The position numbers and the translations under genes are program-made. Below the pieces are notes generated by a model that did not search any database, had not been told where the DNA came from, and worked only from the letters and a program-made list of their open reading frames with translations. A DNA stretch of 64,000 bases from the human T2T-CHM13v2.0 reference genome, Homo sapiens. Numbering within the stretch: position 1 is the first letter of the stretch; every line of letters starts with the position of its first letter. Of the stretch, positions 57,483-64,000 are shown one piece after another. Location of the stretch: the NCBI RefSeq assembly GCF_009914755.1, contig NC_060928.1, one strand, 5' to 3'.

Positions 57483-59250
57483 CTCTTTTGTATCAGTGCC
57501 GCAGTCCAGCATAATTTCATTCCTCAGGATTCCTTTAATGGCATCATATAAGTTGCAGTCATTGTAACTTTTACTAGACTGACCTTGCTTCCTGATTTCT
57601 AGTCTCTATCTTAAGTCATAGCTGTAGTTACATCTATATGTATCTTAATGTCCCAAGTTCCTAGATGGCAGAGATTAGCTTTAACAGGTATTGTGCAAAG
57701 GTACCCAATAAATGAATGCCAAACAAAATAAAAAAAAAGAGAAATATCTTTAAGTGATTTTTAGCTCTACTGGTTTTGTAGTTTTATAAGGTTTTAGCAG
57801 ATAAATTAAAGCTTATTTTTATGATTTTTAATTTTGCTTCTATAGAGCACTTCTAATAGATTCTTTTCCATGACATCATTTTTTTAATATGCACAAACAT
57901 CACCTCATTTGATCTCCTTGGTTCCTCTACAAGGCAGATATTATTGGTATTTCCTGATTATAGTTCGTGAACTGAGGCGCCAAGAGGCAACAGAACTTCC
58001 CAGTCATAGCATGGTGTACCGGGAAGCAGGCATGAGAGCTGATGTCTGTGCTCTGCCCTCTCTCCTGAGCTGGGCTGACTCCCTCGAGAAAGTCCTAAGA
58101 GATAATGGATGTGAAAATCCTCTATAGACTCTAGAGTGGAATATGAATGTAGGGGATTATTGCTATTATTTCTAGGGCAGGCAAGCTATAACCTCTTGTG
58201 GAACCATTTATCAACCAGGAAATCCTGTTGCTGTTCATTGAATTGTACCCCTGTGACCCAAAAGATAATGTATTTCCCAATGTAGTTAACTTAATACTAT
58301 TGGCTGACCTGTACCTTCAACTGAGCTGGGTGAGTAATATTTAAATGCGGAGCCTGACAGCTCATAACCCACGGCGGCTTACTCCCCCTGTGGCAAGCTG
58401 CTGAGCCAGGGAGGGAAGAACTGTGGAATGCGGGGATGAATAAGGAGAGAGGGATGGTGTTCCTCCAAAAACAACCCATGGCTTAGATTTGTTTTTGATA
58501 GTTTGATGAAAGGAACATGTTTGTTCCTTTTGGTTATCAAGAGTGCTCCTTGGGCTACCTCCCACAGATACCCTTGGATTGTCAATTTCAGCTGCTCTCA
58601 CACTGGGTCAGAACCATTCCATGTTGATTTAAAAACCCAGTGGGGGATCCTCTGACTGGCATTTGATATCATGGTTCAACAGCCTGCTGGATCCTCCATA
58701 TGCCTGCAAAAAGGAAAATGCTTGCTGGACACTTCTGCAGGCCAGAGGCAGTGGGAGGGGAAGGGAGAGTTTTTTCTGCTTTAATCTCTTAAATACAGAG
58801 CTGAAAGTACAATTGAGTCATACAATTAAGAGTATGTTTAAAATAGAAGGGAGTTTAGACATCAATGCAAAGACCCTAATTTTATAGACAAGGAAATGGA
58901 GACTCAGAAGGGTGAGCAATTTGCCACACAACTTGATGCCTAAATTCACCAAATTTAAATGAATGATTCATCTAAATCAGTTAGATGAGACATTTCTTAT
59001 TCCCAGTTTCCAATTCTTTTTGCTCTATCATGCTGCCAACTACTAAGGGTGACATCTGCCCAAGCCCATGTAAAAGTGACCAAAAAGGGCAGTCCTTGGA
59101 GAATTATTTTCTCTTTTGTGTTCTAATAACCATCAATCAATCAATGAACAGACATGAGCTTTACTCTGCACCTGACACAGAGCTTGGAGCTGTAAAGGGG
59201 AACCTAAGATCTTCTCAGTGAAGTGACAACTTCAAGTCATGCTAAGATAA

Positions 59251-59560
<310 letters not shown>

Positions 59561-60257
59561 TTAAGAGAGTGACCAACTACCAGTATAATTGTTGAATAAT
59601 GGGTGGAACACACTATATTATTTGGGTATTAATTTAGGCCATTGCTTCTCATGTTTTTCAAGGTTGATACAAAACCAAAAAGAGTGCTTTGTTTCTGGAC
59701 CTTTGGGTAGAGAGGGCAATAACTAATCATGACTGATTCTCTGTGGGTTCTGAACCAAGTAAAAAATAGCCCCAGGAACCAGATAATAATTCTAAGGAAG
59801 CCAGTTTTATTGCCAGCAAAGCTGCAGTTGGACAGTTGAACTTGGCACCACGGCTGAAATGGACCACGTTACCCAATGCAGGACCTGGAAAAAGCATATC
59901 CCACAGGGGCAGGATGCAGAAGACAGCTCACATGTGACCCTGATGAAGACAAAGGTGGGAATTAGAGAAGACACAGAGTTTGGGCTCCAGAAAGGGAGAG
60001 GGAAAGAAGAAAGGAAGAGATGTGTTGTCCTGTCCTAGTAAGACAAGCCTCACCTCCTCGTGAGAAGTGGAAAGGACAAGGAGAGGATGAACATTCCTAT
60101 TGCAATGGCCAAGGAAGGATCATGCAGAGAGGAAGAAATGTTCTCCTATAACTTTAAGAAACAAGAGTGAGTGCAAGCAAAATGCAGACACAAAACTACT
60201 GAGTAGGTTGTGGAATCTATGCTGCAGAGATGGAGAGAGGATATAGGATACTCCATT

Positions 60258-60827
60258 TTTGTTTTCTATTTTAACTTTATTCTTGCCTGTGGTAAAATAC
60301 ATATAATAGAAAATGTACCATCTTGACCCTTTTTTAGTGTACAGTTGACTAGGATTAAGTATATTTCCGTTGTTGTGCAACCAATCTCCAGAACTTTTTC
60401 ATCGTGCAAAAGTGAAACTCTGTATTTATTAAACACTAACTCCTCATTCCTCATTTTCCTTAGCCCTGGTAACTATCAGGTCTGTATGAATTTGACCACT
60501 CTATGTACCTCTTATAAGTGTAATCACACAGTATTTGTTTTTTGGTGACTGGCTTATTTCACTTAGCATAATGTCCTCAAGTTTCATACATTTTTTTAGC
60601 GCGTGTCAGAATTTTCTTCTTATTTGAGGTGGAATAAAACCACATTGCATGAATAGGCCACATTTGGTTAATCCATTCATCCATCAGTGGACATGTGGGT
60701 TGCTTCCACCTTTTGGCCATTGTGAGTAACACTGTTAGAAATGTGGGAACATAGGTATACAAATATCTCTTCAGATCCTGCTTCCAATTATCTTGCATAT
60801 ACACCCAGAAATTGAACTGTTGGATCA
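60258..60827 (-). mobile_element. L1MB-type LINE-1 3' fragment
   Basis: gtggtaaaatacatataatagaaaatgtaccatcttgacc...gtgactggcttatttcacttagcataatgtcctcaag...cccagaaattgaactgttggatca. Confidence 0.88.
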
Positions 60828-60947
60828 AGTCCCCGCAATTTTGACAAAAAAGCTTGATGTTCTCAAAAGATTAAGTAGAATTTGGGGACCAGAAATCTAC
60901 AGGTTTGCAGAGTAAGAATGGATGTGCTCTGCTTTCCCAGGGGATGA

Positions 60948-61261
<314 letters not shown>

Positions 61262-62283
61262 TGTGACAAGGTTTTAAATAGCAGTAAGGAAGGGTTAGGG
61301 AGGCAGTATGGTCCTTACTATGGAGTAGCCTCCAGAGGTTATGAAAAGAGCCTGTGGCCTTGGCTGGTATGAGAGTAGGAGGGAGAAGGATTCCTGCCTC
61401 TCTTCAGATGGCAAGGGATGAGAATGTGGTGAGGACTCAAATTTGTACCCAGGAGTGTGTTTTGTTTTTAATTCTTATTCAAAGTAGGGTATACATTTGC
61501 TTGCAAGTGAAGGGTAGGGATATAGGATGTAAAATATCTTTTGTTTAACACAAAGAAAGGAGGGGCCCAGGATGGTTCTAAACATTCCACAATGCACAGG
61601 ATACCCCTACAGCAAGACTGAAAAAGTGGGATTTGTTATGTTTTCTGCTGAAGGTAAAATCTATTTTCCTTTTTACAAAGACCTGCTAAGATGCCTATTC
61701 CTGTCTTATTTTATTGATTAGGCATGTGAGAGGTGGCTGTCCTGAATGATTTAACTGACTGCCCAGAGATTTAGTGCTAAGATCAGGTGTCCTGACTCCT
61801 AAGATTATTTCCTGTTGTTCAGATAAAAAGAGGTCACTGAGGATCAAAGTTACCAATAAAGAAGGAGAAAGAATGAGTATGTATTCTGTGCTCGCTGTTC
61901 TGGGTGAGCACTGTTCTGGGACCAGCTCTTTACTGCAGTTTGGTAAATTGAAATTCAGAAAACCAAATAGCCTGTGAAAGATCCCGTTTGAACTCAGGCA
62001 TATATTCAACTTGGCTCTCATCTTTAAAACTCACTGCTCCTTTTTAGAAAATGAGTGATTAAAAATTAATTCAAAAGCTTCAATAATAAGACAGCAATAT
62101 CTAGACACTCCAGTCTTCTATTTATTCACTGAAATTAGTATTTTGAGCGCCTACTCTGTATCACATGCTGTGCTACGGGCTGAAGGTACACTGGTCCTCT
62201 AGACACACTCTCAGATCAGTTGAGCAGGGTGAGTCAGGTTACTAAAATGCCATTGTCTTACACTCCAAATATCCCATAGACAC

Positions 62284-62334
62284 TGTGTGTGTGTGATTGT
62301 GTGTGTGTGTGTGTGATTGTGTGTGTGTGTGTGT
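62284..62334. repeat. Interrupted (TG)n microsatellite
   Basis: TG runs separated by ATT twice. Confidence 0.92.
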
Positions 62335-62559
62335 AAGAGAGCTCCCTCATGTTTTGATGACTGAGCACTGTTTGCTTCTTTACTTCAGCTGTTTACCTGC
62401 AACCTCTTGATCTCAGGCATTTTGACATGAGTCTGTGAGGATGATCAAGGGACAATTCTGAGTGCAGCACCATATTAGGCAACAGAGTTGCTGTGGCTCG
62501 ACAAAACTTGTGTGCTTGTGTCCCTTCCCTGAAACCAAGTGCTTTCCCTTAGGGGAATA

Positions 62560-62839
62560 GGGGAGTGAAAAAGAAAACAAATACTGTTTCTTTTCTTTAC
62601 TCATTACACTTTACTTCTGGTCACCAAAATGTGTAGGTTTTTTCTCACCCACATTAAGGAATTCTCTTCTCCTCAATGGGCACTGACTGTGTCCTAATTT
62701 AACTCAGTTCTGATTCTGTCTCTAGATAGCATCAGATTCCACCAAAAGGGGTAAGCTTCACAAGACTGCACCCCATTTCAGACGCCAATCTCAAGTGGTG
62801 GAGCCCCAGGTTATCCACAGCTCCTGTTTAACTTGGCTA
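62560..62839 (-). mobile_element. MER21-type LTR fragment
   Basis: cttctggtcaccaaaatgtgtagg...agatagcatcagattccac...cacaagactgcacccc parallels 31800-31935. Confidence 0.7.
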
Positions 62840-63381
62840 TGAATGAAACTAAAATATTGCACCCCAAAATATACTGCTTTGACATATTTTGAGATGGCTG
62901 TTCAGAGAGTATGCAACCAGAAGGATCTCTGAAAAAGCTGTCTTTCGCGGGGGAGATTAGCACCTGGGAAAATATATCTGCATTGATGCTGCCAGGCTTT
63001 CTTTGAGGTCCTCCCTTTTCCAGGTCCAGAAAATATTAACCAATAGCCTGACACCTTTAAAGGTCTCAAAGACATGTTTACCAACTATTCTCTTTGAGGG
63101 CTGCTACCTGTGAGGTTTCACCTACATAACAAAACCACCTTTGCTAGCCAGGCCTCTCTTTTCTCCCTCCCATAACCTATATTGTTATTATTACTCAATT
63201 TACCACCATAACCTGTTTTTGGCCATGCTACAAGCCTCCAAGCCTCCATTCTTTCTGTATCCTCAAGATAGTAGATAAGCCTCCGTAACCAATTGTGGGG
63301 TTGGGGTAATCATTCTATGATTCTTCCCGCTGCATGTTAATAAACGTGTATGCCATTTCTCCTATTAATCTGCCTTTGTCA
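62840..63381 (+). mobile_element. MER34/MER39-type ERV1 LTR, interrupted near its 3' end
   Basis: aaaatattgcaccccaaaatatactgctttgacatattttgagatggctgttcagag...ttaataaacgtgtatgcc...ctattaatctgcctttgtca. Confidence 0.8.
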
Positions 63382-64000
63382 TGTTAATGGAAATCACAAA
63401 CTCTGCAAAAATATTTTTTAAAAGTTATTTCTGAGACAATAAGAATGACCACAGGCCTGGGAAGCAGGGTCCTCAGGCTCAGGGAATACTGAGAAAGTGT
63501 GTCCAAGGCTGTTGGATTACAGTTTAGTTTTATACCTTTTAGGAAGGTGAGAGTTATAGGAAAATATATAAATCAATACGTGGAGGATATATATTGGTTC
63601 AACCAAGAAGACGGGATGTCTTGAAGTAGGGGCTTATACCTTATAGGTTCAGACATTCTTTGATTTGCAATTGGTTAAAGGAGTAAGGCTCTGTCTAAAA
63701 CTTGGAGTCAGCAGAAAGAAATTCTTAAGATAAGGATTTATGTAGCAAGGGTGATGGCCTGTGGATGTGACTTAACCCTTACCTTGTGTGGCCTTAGGTC
63801 TTGTTTATAATTTGGTATCTTATTGCCACAAATAGTCTTTTTGTCAGCCTTATGATCTCTATTTTAACATCAATGCTGGTCAGTTGTTATGTCTAAACTC
63901 CAAAAAGGAAGAGGTACAATGAGACATGTCCAACCTCCTTTCCATTTATGGCCAGGAGCTCAATTTTTTAACGTTTCTTTGGAGTCCCCTTGGACAAAAG
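63382..64000 (-). mobile_element. MER4-group ERV1 LTR, runs to the window end
   Basis: tgttaatggaaa...gagaaagtgtgtccaaggc...ttagttttatacc...cttaggtcttgtttataatttggtatcttattgccaca...ctaaactccaaaaagga. Confidence 0.75.

Overview
Primate genomic DNA, very probably human (AluJ/AluS elements and an L1PA3-type LINE). It is intergenic or deep intronic: I find no convincing protein-coding exon, RNA gene or CpG island. The only protein homology I recognise is the frameshifted C-terminal part of L1 ORF2p (17119-18618, minus). Much of the window is interspersed repeat: Alu, MIR, L2, L1, MaLR LTRs, ERV1 LTRs, and hAT/Tigger DNA transposons. Subfamily names are recalled from memory and need RepeatMasker confirmation. 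The interest is structural. (1) Two 3'-truncated LTR1-like LTRs are fused in inverted orientation with U3 ends outward, and the pair is flanked by a single 4-bp TSD inside an AluJ (35761-37200). (2) A 417-bp locally templated insertion with microhomology junctions sits inside another LTR1-like solo LTR (25820-26236, source 27845-28261). (3) A 108-bp near-perfect hairpin lies at 1676-1783. (4) An old L1MA shows a twin-priming 5' inversion with its TSD intact (50188-50712). (5) Several repeat-free blocks rich in homeodomain/POU motifs may be conserved enhancers. I see no evidence of a new gene system.
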